A DNA stretch of 64,000 nucleotides. Source: an uncultured bacterium (GTDB lineage Bacteria; Actinomycetota; Acidimicrobiia; Spongiisociales; UBA5794). A model generated the notes under the pieces. That model searched no databases. It was not told the origin of the DNA and saw only the letters and a program-made list of their open reading frames with translations. Position numbers and translations under genes: made by a program. Of the stretch, positions 9,723 through 21,701 are shown piece by piece. The stretch is taken from positions 192,001-256,000 of the forward strand of contig CAWDDT010000004.1 of the NCBI GenBank assembly GCA_963801165.1, in the 5' to 3' direction. Every line of letters begins with the position of its first letter. Positions within the stretch are counted from its first letter, which is position 1.

Positions 9723-9782
9723 GAGGCCGTAGCTTACGATTCATGTGGAGTACAGGGTGAATTTCGCCGTGAGCAGCACTGC

Positions 9783-11804
<2,022 letters not shown>

Positions 11805-12143
11805 GACCTGAGCTTATGTCCCTATGGCCCGGCTTGTGAGGTTGGGCAAGGGACGGTTCCCGCGAGGGGCAACTGAACGGGAAATCGGGAATGGAGCGTG
11901 GTCATCGCGTGTTGACAGGTATTGGCCCTTTACGACGCAACGGGCGGCCGATACGGTCGTCATATGGCCTGGGTTGAGAAATCCAAACCGGGCAACGGGT
12001 CGAAACTCTCAGGAAGAAACACTCTTTGGGGGGTTCACAAACGTGAATGTCTGTGTGATAGTGAGGCACCCCAGGAGTGTGAACGGCGGCCGTTGCGCGC
12101 GGCCTGAGTAACGGAAAATGACGGTCTTGGAGGACCTTCTTAT

Positions 12144-13193
12144 ATGGCGAAGACCAGCAAGACGCGAGACAAAGTGATCGATCGAGCACGTCTCGAGCGT
12201 GCCGAGGCGAAGGAGCGGATCGACCGTGACACCCTTTCGCGCTCCCGCAAGGATCTCGACAGGAACAAGCTCACGGACGATCGCGGACGGTTGACCACCG
12301 ACCTGGTCAGCCAGTATCTCACCGCGATCGGCGAGTACGAGCTGCTCACCGCCGAGAAGGAAGTCGAGTACGCCCAGAAGATTGAGGCCGGGCAGAATGC
12401 CCAGGAGAAGCTCGACAAGGGTCAGTTCGGCAACAAGTCCGAGGAGATGGTGCTGCGCCGGCACATCCGACGCGGTCGTGAAGCCAAGGACGCATTTCTC
12501 ACCGCCAACCTCCGTCTCGTTGTCGCCAACGCCCGCCGCTATGCCAACACCTCCGGCATCGACTTTCTCGACCTCATCCAGGAGGGCAACCTGGGGCTGA
12601 TTCGTGCGGTCGAGAAGTTCGACTGGCGCAAGGGCTTCAAGTTCTCCACCTACGCCACGTGGTGGATCCGGCAGGCGATCACCCGTGCGATCGCCGACAA
12701 GTCGCGTACGGTTCGCATCCCCGTGCATCTGCACGACACCCTCGCCGCGGTGCGCGCCGCTCAGGCAAGCCTCAAAGCTGAACTCGGCCGCGAGCCGCGT
12801 CCCGAAGAAATCGCTGAAGAGGCCGGGGTCAACGTCGACAAGGTCGAGCTGGCCCTCAGCGTCGCCGACACGGTCTCCCTCGAGCAGCCGGTGGGTGAGG
12901 ATGGTGCCCAACTTGGTGATTTCATCGAGGACGAGGATGCCGTCGACCCGATGCGGGTCACCGAAGAGCTCGACATTGCCAACAGCCTGCGCAAGTCGAT
13001 CGAGCGGCTCCCAGAGCGGGAGGGTCGCATCCTGGCGCTGCGCTACGGCTTCTACGACGGCGTGCCGCGGACCCTCGAGGAAATCGGTGACGAGTTCCAG
13101 CTGACCCGGGAGCGCATCCGCCAACTGGAGAAGCTGGCGCTGTGCCGTCTCCGCCACCCCTCGTTTGGTATCCGCGAACAAGACCTCCTGTAG
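12144..13193 (+). CDS. RNA polymerase sigma-70 factor, RpoD/SigA-like, without region 1.1 (group 1/2)
   Basis: [61 protein letters not shown]; GGAGG SD. Confidence 0.95.
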   Translation: MAKTSKTRDKVIDRARLERAEAKERIDRDTLSRSRKDLDRNKLTDDRGRLTTDLVSQYLTAIGEYELLTAEKEVEYAQKIEAGQNAQEKLDKGQFGNKSEEMVLRRHIRRGREAKDAFLTANLRLVVANARRYANTSGIDFLDLIQEGNLGLIRAVEKFDWRKGFKFSTYATWWIRQAITRAIADKSRTVRIPVHLHDTLAAVRAAQASLKAELGREPRPEEIAEEAGVNVDKVELALSVADTVSLEQPVGEDGAQLGDFIEDEDAVDPMRVTEELDIANSLRKSIERLPEREGRILALRYGFYDGVPRTLEEIGDEFQLTRERIRQLEKLALCRLRHPSFGIREQDLL

Positions 13194-13267
13194 TACTTAG
13201 CCGGACACGTTTGGCCTGCAAGCCATCCGATCGGTTATCGTCGCGGTGTTTGACAGCCGGAGGGATC

Positions 13268-13642
13268 ATGCGCCTGGACGCGCTAGTCGGTGGAACCACT
13301 GAGATCATCGGGCCTGAAGGCACGCTGCTCGATGCTGCCGAGTCAATGTCCGATCAGGGGGTCGATTATGTCATTGTGATCAACAACCGCGAGATCGTGG
13401 GCATCCTCACCGAGCGCGACCTGGTTGTCGCGGTTGCCGACGGAATCGATCTGGGTGCCGCGCTGGTGGAGGAGTGGATGAGCGAAGCACCCGATACGTT
13501 CACACCCGATGTCCGCGTCAGAGAGGCGGTCTCATGGCTGCTGGAGACGGGTTACCGGCATCTGCCGGTTGTTGCCGACGGTGAACTGCTCGGTGTCGTC
13601 ACCATTCGCGACCTGATGTGGGCGCTGGTCCAGGACAGTTGA
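13268..13642 (+). CDS. CBS domain pair protein
   Basis: IVGILTERDL and YRHLPVV..GELLGVVTIRDL; start set at ATG 13268. Confidence 0.88.
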   Translation: MRLDALVGGTTEIIGPEGTLLDAAESMSDQGVDYVIVINNREIVGILTERDLVVAVADGIDLGAALVEEWMSEAPDTFTPDVRVREAVSWLLETGYRHLPVVADGELLGVVTIRDLMWALVQDS

Positions 13643-13645
13643 TAG

Positions 13646-14029
13646 CTAGAGCACCTGGATGAGCTGCCGGTTGATGGCGTCCAGAACCGCCTTGACCGTT
13701 GCCGTCGTGGCGTCGTGCTCGCCCAGCAGTGCGCTTCCGACGAGTGGGATCGGGACGCCTTCCATTATGACCTGAGCCATGGCGATTTGAGTTTCACCCA
13801 ACTCGGTCGTGGCCACGGCCTCGAGTTGGAGCGAGATCCGGTTCTCGGAGACCGCTTCGACGGCGCGCAACGTTGCCTCTCCGACGAGCCGGGCGCGGGA
13901 TGCCCCATCGGGGCTGCCGCTGGCGCTGCCAAAGAAGTGCTCGTCTTGCCAGCTCAGCGAGATGGTCACCGTCGCTTCCTCGTCGGTGGTGTGTTCGTCG
14001 ATCTGGACAATTGCCGGACGGTTGCTCAT
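13646..14029 (-). CDS. Small hypothetical protein, weakly resembling the LeuA allosteric (dimerisation) domain
   Basis: ATVTISL..GSASG...LVGSALL..D...ATVKAVLDAINR; start at ATG 14029. Confidence 0.65.
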   Translation of the reverse strand: MSNRPAIVQIDEHTTDEEATVTISLSWQDEHFFGSASGSPDGASRARLVGEATLRAVEAVSENRISLQLEAVATTELGETQIAMAQVIMEGVPIPLVGSALLGEHDATTATVKAVLDAINRQLIQVL

Positions 14030-14081
14030 AGTCCCCTTCACTCGGCTCGGACGAAGTGTACCGGCCCGCCGGTGGCGTAGC

Positions 14082-16469
14082 TCATCCGAGCGGTAGCCAC
14101 AGCAACGCCACCTCGAGGATCTCGATGTCGTTCTTCTCGAGACCGATTTCAATTGGCTCGATCTTGGCGGCGCGCTCCTCCCACTTGTCGTTGATCCCCT
14201 CGAGCTCCTCGGTGAGCTCCGCTTCGAGACTGTGCAGCTCACCGTATTTGTCTTCCGCCTTCGCCTGGGCAGTTTCCAGCCTGGCTTCCTTCGACCTACG
14301 GCTCTTCCTGCTGCGGATCGTTCCCGCCACTGCCCGCGTGCTTCTCCGTCCGAGCAGGATGTTGATCACCGAGGACGCGCCGTCGATGATCTCTTGCTGT
14401 TTGGCGCCCTGGATATCTACCTCGATGTCCTGAGCACGCTGTTCGGCTGTGGTTGCCTGGTCGCGGAGTGTCTTGAAGCGCCGCTCGTACTTGTCACGCA
14501 GGCTTGCGGTTTCCTGGTCGGCTCGATCCTGAGCGGCGGCGTCACACCTGGCACGGAAATCCTCCTCCTTCTCCCCGGCGCGGGAGTAGAGCGCGAGCTC
14601 GGCGTTCTTGTGGATTGTCAGCTTCTGTGACCTATAGAGGAGGTCCTTCAGACCGGTCTCGGCACTCCGCCAATAACTGGTCTTTGCGATGTCACCCTCC
14701 GGGATCACGTAGCGAGCATTTTCGGGTGGTGTGCTCACGAAGTCCCGATCGTCGTAGTCGACGTGGACGGCATGCCCGGCGTCGAAATGGCTCTCGAGAG
14801 GCGTGACGATCGCTTCCCACTCCTCGTCGTGCACGAGGTCTGCCGCGCTCTCGTCGTAGGTCAGCCGTACCCTGGCTGCAAGAGCAGCGGTGAGCGTGGT
14901 CCCGTTGGGGGCGACGTCGAGCTGGGCAGCCCACGGAACGCCGGAAGCCAGGTGGTGCACCGGCACCGAATCGGCGACCCGGGGCATGACCGGGGTCTCG
15001 TCGCTTGCCGTTTCCGGGCTCTGTTGTGGGGCAGCCGGCGACGTTGTCGGGGACGCCTGGGCGGGAGGCTCGTTTTCGGCGGGGGGCTCGTACTTGCTCA
15101 GCTTCGAGATCTGCTCTCTGGTGAGTGGGCCGCGCAGGTAAGACAGTGCCCACCGGGTGGTGAACAGCACCGGCGCCGGATCGTGGGTGTTGTGGAGCAG
15201 GAACTGGCGTTTGTCCAACCCGGAGATCATGTGATCGAGCTCGGAGACATCGCTGTCACCGCGTGCAGACTGGAGGGCCTCGAGGATACGCGCCTTGTCA
15301 CGTTCGGTCTGGAGCCGGCCGATGCACCAGGTTCCGGCGTTCGACATCGCCTTGTAGTCGAGGTCGACGGGGTTCTGGGTGGACAGCAGGGTGCCGACCC
15401 CGAAGGCGCGGCCCTGCTTGAGCAGTGTGAGGATCGGTTTCTTGGCGGGAGGCTCTGCGGTAGGGGGAACGAACCCGAACACTTCGTCCATATACACGAG
15501 CGCCCGCAGGTCTCCGGTGCCGGCCTGAGCCCGCATCCAGGTGATCAGCTTGGACAGGATGAGGGTCACGACGAACTGTCGTTCCTCGTCGCTGAGATGC
15601 GCCAGATAGACGATGGCGGATTGGGGCTTGTCCCCATGCCACAGCAGAGAAGCGATGTCGAGGTCCGGTCCCTCGATCCAGGTGCTGAAGGCGGGTGAGG
15701 CGACGAGACCGTTGAGCTTCATGGCAAGAGCGAGCCGGTCCTTCTCGGGGAAGAAGGTGTCCAGATCGAACACACCGAGCTTGCGCAACGGTGGCCGCTG
15801 GATCTCGCCCAACAGACCGGCAATGTCCAGGTCGCGACCTGATCTCCAGGCGTTCTCCACGAGGTTGGCGATGAGGATGTGCTCGCGCGACGAGATCGGG
15901 TCGGCTTTGACGCCGACCAGACCGAGCAGCCCGGAGACGAACCCCTCGATCTCGTCGCGCAACGTCTCGGTGTCTGTTTCCCAGCTCAACTCGGGGCGAG
16001 CAAGCGATCCGATGATGTTGATCGGCACGCCGGCGGTCGAGCCCGGTGTGTAGATCGTGAATCCGGCCGAGTCACGCAGCTGCCCGATCCTGGCTCCGCT
16101 CTCGTCCCAGGAGGCGAGGCCTTTGGTCCAGAGCGCGGCCTTGTCGGCGGCCAACTCGGCGACCGTTTTGTCCTCCTTCCGCACCTCGGCCTCGTCTATC
16201 CAGGGTTCAAAGTCGGCCGGCCGCAGCTCCGGGAAGGTGAGCAGGAGGTTGGTCATGTCCCCCTTGGGATCGAGGATCAGGGTGGGGATGCCCGCCAGAA
16301 GAGCCTCCTCGAGGTAGATGATCCCCAACCCGGTCTTGCCGGACCCGGTCATGCCGACAATCACCCCGTGCGTGGTCAGGTCGGCAGGGTCGTAATCGAC
16401 CAGATCTCCCGTCCTGTCCCCGCTGGATCCGTCGATCACCCCGCCCAGGTAGAAGCCTTCTTTTGCCAT
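14082..16469 (-). CDS. HerA/FtsK-like P-loop ATPase (DUF87/DUF853-like) with C-terminal coiled coil
   Basis: THGVIVGMTGSGKT, LDPKGD, YMDEVFG, LLKQGRAFGVG.LLSTQNP. Confidence 0.88.
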   Translation of the reverse strand: MAKEGFYLGGVIDGSSGDRTGDLVDYDPADLTTHGVIVGMTGSGKTGLGIIYLEEALLAGIPTLILDPKGDMTNLLLTFPELRPADFEPWIDEAEVRKEDKTVAELAADKAALWTKGLASWDESGARIGQLRDSAGFTIYTPGSTAGVPINIIGSLARPELSWETDTETLRDEIEGFVSGLLGLVGVKADPISSREHILIANLVENAWRSGRDLDIAGLLGEIQRPPLRKLGVFDLDTFFPEKDRLALAMKLNGLVASPAFSTWIEGPDLDIASLLWHGDKPQSAIVYLAHLSDEERQFVVTLILSKLITWMRAQAGTGDLRALVYMDEVFGFVPPTAEPPAKKPILTLLKQGRAFGVGTLLSTQNPVDLDYKAMSNAGTWCIGRLQTERDKARILEALQSARGDSDVSELDHMISGLDKRQFLLHNTHDPAPVLFTTRWALSYLRGPLTREQISKLSKYEPPAENEPPAQASPTTSPAAPQQSPETASDETPVMPRVADSVPVHHLASGVPWAAQLDVAPNGTTLTAALAARVRLTYDESAADLVHDEEWEAIVTPLESHFDAGHAVHVDYDDRDFVSTPPENARYVIPEGDIAKTSYWRSAETGLKDLLYRSQKLTIHKNAELALYSRAGEKEEDFRARCDAAAQDRADQETASLRDKYERRFKTLRDQATTAEQRAQDIEVDIQGAKQQEIIDGASSVINILLGRRSTRAVAGTIRSRKSRRSKEARLETAQAKAEDKYGELHSLEAELTEELEGINDKWEERAAKIEPIEIGLEKNDIEILEVALLWLPLG

Positions 16470-16502
16470 CGGTCGCCCTCCGTTCCGCCGGACAATCAGA
16501 CG

Positions 16503-17051
16503 CTAGCTGAGCGCGGCCACCACATGGCTCACCGCCTCGGACACCGAGGAACAGGTCGCAATAGGTGCGGAGTTGCTGTTGAGCCGGGTGGTCAAAAGCG
16601 GGATCAGCTCGCCCCAGGTCTCGCCGACGGTTGCGATTGGTCCGAACTGCTTGTCGGCGAAAGGTGCCACAAACGCGAGGTTCCACGCTACGACCAGCTC
16701 GGCGAGGGTCCCGATGCTTCCCGGCAGGGCTATGTAGCCCTCGGCCAGATCGATCAGCAGTGCGATCCTACGCACGAGATCATCCGCCTCGATCTCGTGC
16801 TGCACCCACTCGTTGGCGCCGGCTCGCTCGGGGAAGACTGCGGGTGCCGTCACCCCAATGGTCGCCCCACCTGCTTCGGCGGCACCCCGGCAGGCGGCTT
16901 CCATCAACCCGTGGTATCCCCCGGTCGCAACGGCGAAGCCCGCTTCGGCGAGCAGACGACCGCAGACAACGCCCTGGTCGTAGTCGCCATCACCTTCCTG
17001 TGCGGCTGAGGCTCCGAACACCGCGATGACGCGCCGGCCGTCGAGACTCAC
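16503..17051 (-). CDS. LOG/lysine-decarboxylase-like nucleotide-binding protein
   Basis: IAVFGAS, TGGYHGLMEA, LPGSIGTLAEL; GTG start overlaps the upstream TGA. Confidence 0.88.
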   Translation of the reverse strand: MSLDGRRVIAVFGASAAQEGDGDYDQGVVCGRLLAEAGFAVATGGYHGLMEAACRGAAEAGGATIGVTAPAVFPERAGANEWVQHEIEADDLVRRIALLIDLAEGYIALPGSIGTLAELVVAWNLAFVAPFADKQFGPIATVGETWGELIPLLTTRLNSNSAPIATCSSVSEAVSHVVAALS

Positions 17052-17881
17052 AGGCGCACTCTCCGGTCGACCCGCCCGACCGCGGGCACGATGATCAATG
17101 CGGCGGCAACCACCAATCCGAGACCGAGGATGATGAGACTGTTGGCGGCGATACTCTCTGTCACTGTGTCGCGGCGCAGCGTGTAGAAGGCGCCCACGAC
17201 AGACCCTCCGGCGATACAAGCGAGCAAGGCGACCGCACCCGCCTTGCCGGTGCTCGCCCCCTTGCCCCGCACGGTCCACCGCCACCCGGCCAGCGCCAGG
17301 ATCGTCACCAGCGCCGTCCCGGCAACGACCGCGAGACCGATGTCGGCGACCTGCTGCAGGTCGGATATGGTGCGGAGCGCCACCTCGCCGCGACCCGAGG
17401 CCTCCAGCTGGGTGTTCAGGTAGAAGTGCACGCCACCCGCTCCGAGGGTGACAACCGCTGTGATCATCGCAAGTGTTTGGACGACGCGCGCAGCGATACT
17501 CACGCGGCGAACCAGCGCCGGCATTTCACCTTTCGGGCGCAGGTGAGCCCACGAGTCGGTGGGTCCATCGACGGCGGCGTCCGGCCCGGTCTCCGCGCTC
17601 GCCACAAACGAGATGTCGTCGACCGAGATCTCGATGCTCCCCGGTGATAATGGTGGGCCGGACGAGTCGTCCTCTTCCAGGAGATCGTGGAGCGGCGTGT
17701 CTTCGCTTTCGAGGTCAACCACGCTCCAGCCGCGGCTGATCAACTCGACCTGTGGTCCGGGACCGGGTGAGTGCTCGCTTGCGCCCAGGGAATCTGCCGC
17801 CGTGCCTACCACCCGGCCACAGGCAGGGCAAGAGGTCCAGTCGGGATCGATGTTTGCGCCGCAGTTAGAACAGGTAGTCAT
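17048..17881 (-). CDS. Zinc-ribbon membrane protein
   Basis: CSNCG...CPACG at the N-terminus, acidic linker, about 4 TM helices. Confidence 0.75.
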   Translation of the reverse strand: MTTCSNCGANIDPDWTSCPACGRVVGTAADSLGASEHSPGPGPQVELISRGWSVVDLESEDTPLHDLLEEDDSSGPPLSPGSIEISVDDISFVASAETGPDAAVDGPTDSWAHLRPKGEMPALVRRVSIAARVVQTLAMITAVVTLGAGGVHFYLNTQLEASGRGEVALRTISDLQQVADIGLAVVAGTALVTILALAGWRWTVRGKGASTGKAGAVALLACIAGGSVVGAFYTLRRDTVTESIAANSLIILGLGLVVAAALIIVPAVGRVDRRVRL

Positions 17882-17944
17882 GCTCGATACGCCACGTTAA
17901 TCAGACTACCGCCGAGCCCGTAGCACCCTCGAATCGGCGCACGA

Positions 17945-17978
17945 CGAGCGTCGCCCCTCCGCGGAGGGGCGACGCTCG
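17945..17978. terminator. Perfect 34-bp palindrome; probable terminator or REP-like element
   Basis: CGAGCGTCGCCCCTCCGCGGAGGGGCGACGCTCG equals its own reverse complement; just downstream of the 18001..18453 gene. Confidence 0.6.
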
Positions 17979-18000
17979 CTTGGGTAACGTGTGAGTGGTA

Positions 18001-18453
18001 TTACTCGTTGAACGTCTCGGCCTCGGGATCGGTTCCCACACACTGCTCACAGAAGAGACGCACCTGGTCCTCGTCCGCCTCGTCACGGCGCACACCCTCG
18101 GCGACGACGTAGCCGCATGTGCCGTGCGGGCACTGTTCCAGCAGTGCGTGGTCGCGGCGGAACACCTTGAGCAGGACCGGTCCGGATATGTCCTCATGTC
18201 CGGGGATGTTCTCGATGCCCAGATCGGCGATCTCCATGCGGACCAGGTCCATGAGCGTAGGGATCTCGGGGGGTGGCGTCAGTGTTTCCAGGATCCGGCG
18301 TTGTCGGCGCGACGCCGACGGCGGAAGTTGGGGCGCTGCCTCGGTGGTATCCGGTTTGGCGTGGCTCCGGGCGCGAGCCAGCAGCACCCCTGCTATGCCT
18401 ATCGATGCGAACAGAGCCGCGAAGACAATGAAGATGTCGAAGGAATTGTCCAT
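18001..18453 (-). CDS. Membrane-anchored hypothetical protein with 4-Cys motif
   Basis: N-terminal TM; CPHGTC...FCEQC; ATG immediately after the manC stop. Confidence 0.7.
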   Translation of the reverse strand: MDNSFDIFIVFAALFASIGIAGVLLARARSHAKPDTTEAAPQLPPSASRRQRRILETLTPPPEIPTLMDLVRMEIADLGIENIPGHEDISGPVLLKVFRRDHALLEQCPHGTCGYVVAEGVRRDEADEDQVRLFCEQCVGTDPEAETFNE

Positions 18454-18454
18454 C

Positions 18455-19549
18455 TCAACCGTCCCGGGTTCTCTCAATCGCTTCCCGCCGGTCGTAATCC
18501 TGGAGGAGACCGACGATATTCTTGACCATCTGCGCATTCTCCAGGGTCGTCACCAGCACGGCGTCGGCCGTCTCGACCACGACGATATTCTCCACACCGG
18601 CAACGGCCACCAGCCGATGGTGCGACCGGATGTATGAGTCTGTCGTCGCCACCGTAGCAACGTCACCGTGGACAACGTTGCCGTCATCATCCTTGTGCCC
18701 GATGTTCCACAATGCCGTCCACGACCCTACGTCGTTCCAGCCGGCATCGAGGGGCACCACCATGGCGCGGGAGGTGTGCTCCATCACGGCATAATCGATC
18801 GAGTTAGCCGGGGTGGCGGCAAACCGCTCTGCGTCCAGGTGGAGGCCGGAGCTGCGCCTGGAGAGAGCCATCGTCGCAATGCACCCGGCGCTTATCTCAG
18901 GGGCATACTCCTCGAGCGCAGCCAGGTAGGCCGAGCAGCGGAAGACGAACATCCCGCTGTTCCAGAGATGATCTCCGCCGGAGACGTACGCCCGGGCGGT
19001 CTCGATATCGGGTTTTTCCACGAATCGGGCGACGGCGAACCCAACGTCGTCCACGGGAGCGCCGATGCGGATGTACCCGTAGCCGGTCTCCGGGCCGGTA
19101 GGGACGATGCCGAAGGTCACGAGATTGCCGGCGGTAGCGAGCGTCACGGCGTTCCGCACCGCATCGTGGAACGCGGGCACGTCCTCGATGACGTGGTCCG
19201 CGGGAAGGAGGAGCATCACAGGGTCTTCCCCCTGTGCGGTCAGCTCGAGTGCGGCGACGGCGGCGGCAGGCGCCGTGTTGCGGCCGACCGGCTCCAGGAT
19301 CATTCGAGTGGGCTCGTAGCCCGCTGCTGCCAACTCGGCCGCCACCAGCTCGGCTTGTGCGGCGCTGCCTACCACCAGCGGTGGCTCGATCTCGAGCCCC
19401 TCGAGACGGTCCAGAGTGGCGCGCACCATGGTTCGGTCGTCTACGAGGGGAAGGAACTGCTTCGGCAGATCCGAGCGTGATGCCGGCCAGAGACGGGTGC
19501 CGGCGCCGCCCGACATCAGTATGGGGACGAGTTTCGGTTGATCAGTCAC
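18455..19549 (-). CDS. manC: Mannose-1-phosphate guanylyltransferase
   Basis: GGAGTRLWPASR..PKQF, EPVGRNTAPA, PADH, FVEKP, WNSGMF, SIDYAVME, WNDVGSW; no C-terminal isomerase domain. Confidence 0.93.
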   Translation of the reverse strand: MTDQPKLVPILMSGGAGTRLWPASRSDLPKQFLPLVDDRTMVRATLDRLEGLEIEPPLVVGSAAQAELVAAELAAAGYEPTRMILEPVGRNTAPAAAVAALELTAQGEDPVMLLLPADHVIEDVPAFHDAVRNAVTLATAGNLVTFGIVPTGPETGYGYIRIGAPVDDVGFAVARFVEKPDIETARAYVSGGDHLWNSGMFVFRCSAYLAALEEYAPEISAGCIATMALSRRSSGLHLDAERFAATPANSIDYAVMEHTSRAMVVPLDAGWNDVGSWTALWNIGHKDDDGNVVHGDVATVATTDSYIRSHHRLVAVAGVENIVVVETADAVLVTTLENAQMVKNIVGLLQDYDRREAIERTRDG

Positions 19550-19595
19550 GGGGGCAATGTATCGATTTCTCTGTGTCGGTTCAAAGGACCGTGGC

Positions 19596-21620
19596 CTACG
19601 GTGAGGGCACCGAGCCGTCGGGCTCCGGCTTGCGTTCCAGCAGGTAGGCGACCGCAACGCGGGAATCGCCCTGACCGAACGCGGTGATGGTGTCGCCAAC
19701 CCTGAGCGCGGTATCACCGTGCGGGATGATCACGGAGTCCTCGCGGCGGATAGAGACGAGCACCGCGTCCTCCGGCCACTTGAGATCTTTGACCAGGGTG
19801 CCCGCTGCCGCCGAGCCCGGCAGGACCGGTATCTCGTAGAATGTGGCACCCGGCTGCACCCTCTGCCGGAGTCGCTGCCGATAGGCCTGGCGGTCGGTAA
19901 CCGCGCCGAGGGCATGGTGGTAGGCGGCGACGACGCTGTTGCGTCGGAACATCCCGACGACCAGGCCAGGTTCGGCGTCTTCGACGACCGGCAGCCGTCC
20001 CACACCGAGCGCGGCCATCCGAGCAAGAGCCGAAGATACCGGCATGCTCGGCGTTACCGTGATCGGCCGCTCGGTCATGATGTCACGCACTTTCGTCTCG
20101 TTGGGATCGCCCTCGGTCAGAGCGATGTCGCGCAGAGTGAGCACGCCTGCGAGCTTGCCGCCCTTCTCGACCACGGGGAGCCCGTGATGGCGCGACTCCT
20201 TGAGGAAACGTGCCGCTTCCGCCATGGTCATCGCAGGCGACAGACTCTCATCGAGGAGGGTCATCACCTCCCCGACGCTGACCGTGTCCAGCAGGTCGAC
20301 GTCCTCGTTCTGTACGAGGCGAACCCCCCGCTGGGTCAGCGGTGCTGTGTAGACGCTGTCGTGGCTCACCCGGTCGGCGATGAACGAGGCCATCGAGGCG
20401 GCCAATGCCAGCGGTAGCACCAGCGCGTAGTTGCCGGTGATCTCAAAGACCATGATGACCGAGGTGAGCGGGGCGCGGGCCACCGCGGCGAATGTCGCGG
20501 CCATCCCGACTATGGCGTACGAGTCGGGTGACAGCGGTGTGTACCAGAAGTGGTTGGCGGCCAGCGCCAGCGCGGTGCCAACGGTTCCGCCTATGAACAG
20601 ACTGGGCATGAACGTTCCGGCGGAACCGCCGCCGGAACGGGTCAGCGCACTCGTGACCATCTTGAGCACGGCCAGCACAGGCAACGACCACAGCACCAAA
20701 CCGGTTGCGTCGGGTTTGTTCAGCCGCATCAAGCCGGCGAGGAAGTCCTGCCCGGTGCCGAGAGCGCGGGGGTCGATGAGCGCCACCGCGGCGATGAGGA
20801 GCCCGGCGGCGACCGGTCGTGTCCAGTCCGGGTACCGGTAGCTGGCACGGACGCCGTTGACCCAATCGAGGATGCGCATGAAAAGCAGCGCGGCCGCCAC
20901 CGCAAGCAGACCCAGAACGACATACAGGATCAGCTCGCGCGGGTCGTCGAACTTGCCACCCGGGGAAGACAGGATGGGCTCGTCGCCGAGGAGGGTGTGC
21001 GTGGTGACTGCGGCCACGACGGACGTGACGACCACCGCGTTGAGGTGACGGATCGCGAGATTACCCAGGATGACTTCCATGGCAAAGAGCATCCCGGCGA
21101 TAGGTGCGTTGAACGTTGCTCCGATGCCGGCGCCGGCGCCCGCCGCGACCAGGCTCCGGATGCGATCTTCGCTGAAATGGGTGTACCGGGAGAGCGAGGA
21201 TCCGATGGCCGCGCCGATCATGACGCTCGGGCCCTCACGGCCGCCGCTGCCGCCGACGCCCAATGTCGCTCCCGTGCTGATGATCTTGGGGAGGATCGTA
21301 CGGGTCGATATGTATCCCTCGCGCAGACCGATGGCGGCAATCGTCTCGGTAACGCCGCCGCCCTCGATGTTCTCAGAGAAAAGCCTCGCCAGTAGCCACG
21401 CGACCAGGAGACCGGCGGGGATGAGCAGGAAGTAGGCGGCCGAGTCGATGCCGATCCTCGTGTGGGCCCAGTCGGCCAACGCCCTGACGACGGCTACCGC
21501 TTTGACCAGCAGCACGACGGCAAGACCGACGATGAAACCGATAATGAGGGCAGCGGTGAGGAAGGCCGTTTGTCCCCGAGAACCGGCGATTTGCCGCAAC
21601 TTTGTGCGCAAGGTTCCCAT
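19596..21620 (-). CDS. ClC-family chloride channel/transporter with CBS pair and TrkA-C domain
   Basis: GGSGGREGP, FNAPIAG, GGSAGTFMPS, SVYT; CBS pair; IIPHGDTALRVGD. Confidence 0.92.
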   Translation of the reverse strand: MGTLRTKLRQIAGSRGQTAFLTAALIIGFIVGLAVVLLVKAVAVVRALADWAHTRIGIDSAAYFLLIPAGLLVAWLLARLFSENIEGGGVTETIAAIGLREGYISTRTILPKIISTGATLGVGGSGGREGPSVMIGAAIGSSLSRYTHFSEDRIRSLVAAGAGAGIGATFNAPIAGMLFAMEVILGNLAIRHLNAVVVTSVVAAVTTHTLLGDEPILSSPGGKFDDPRELILYVVLGLLAVAAALLFMRILDWVNGVRASYRYPDWTRPVAAGLLIAAVALIDPRALGTGQDFLAGLMRLNKPDATGLVLWSLPVLAVLKMVTSALTRSGGGSAGTFMPSLFIGGTVGTALALAANHFWYTPLSPDSYAIVGMAATFAAVARAPLTSVIMVFEITGNYALVLPLALAASMASFIADRVSHDSVYTAPLTQRGVRLVQNEDVDLLDTVSVGEVMTLLDESLSPAMTMAEAARFLKESRHHGLPVVEKGGKLAGVLTLRDIALTEGDPNETKVRDIMTERPITVTPSMPVSSALARMAALGVGRLPVVEDAEPGLVVGMFRRNSVVAAYHHALGAVTDRQAYRQRLRQRVQPGATFYEIPVLPGSAAAGTLVKDLKWPEDAVLVSIRREDSVIIPHGDTALRVGDTITAFGQGDSRVAVAYLLERKPEPDGSVPSP

Positions 21621-21701
21621 TCTCCCCCCAAACTAGTGCAAGCGGGGCTCATCCAACGAGATCGTGGCTTTTCGTCGGCGTCGTTGTGTAGCGTCCCCTT
21701 C

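Noticed and set aside
11912-11940. TTGACA as a sigma-70 promoter (likewise at 61279)
   Set aside because: No convincing TANNNT at 16-18 bp spacing.
11965-12015. AAACTCTCAGG resembles the 3' part of a glycine riboswitch
   Set aside because: The GGAGA and CCGAAG core elements are missing, and the downstream gene is a sigma factor.
14082-16469. HerA ATPase as an anti-phage or conjugation (VirB4/T4CP) system
   Set aside because: No adjacent Sir2, nuclease, relaxase or T4SS genes; the context is housekeeping.
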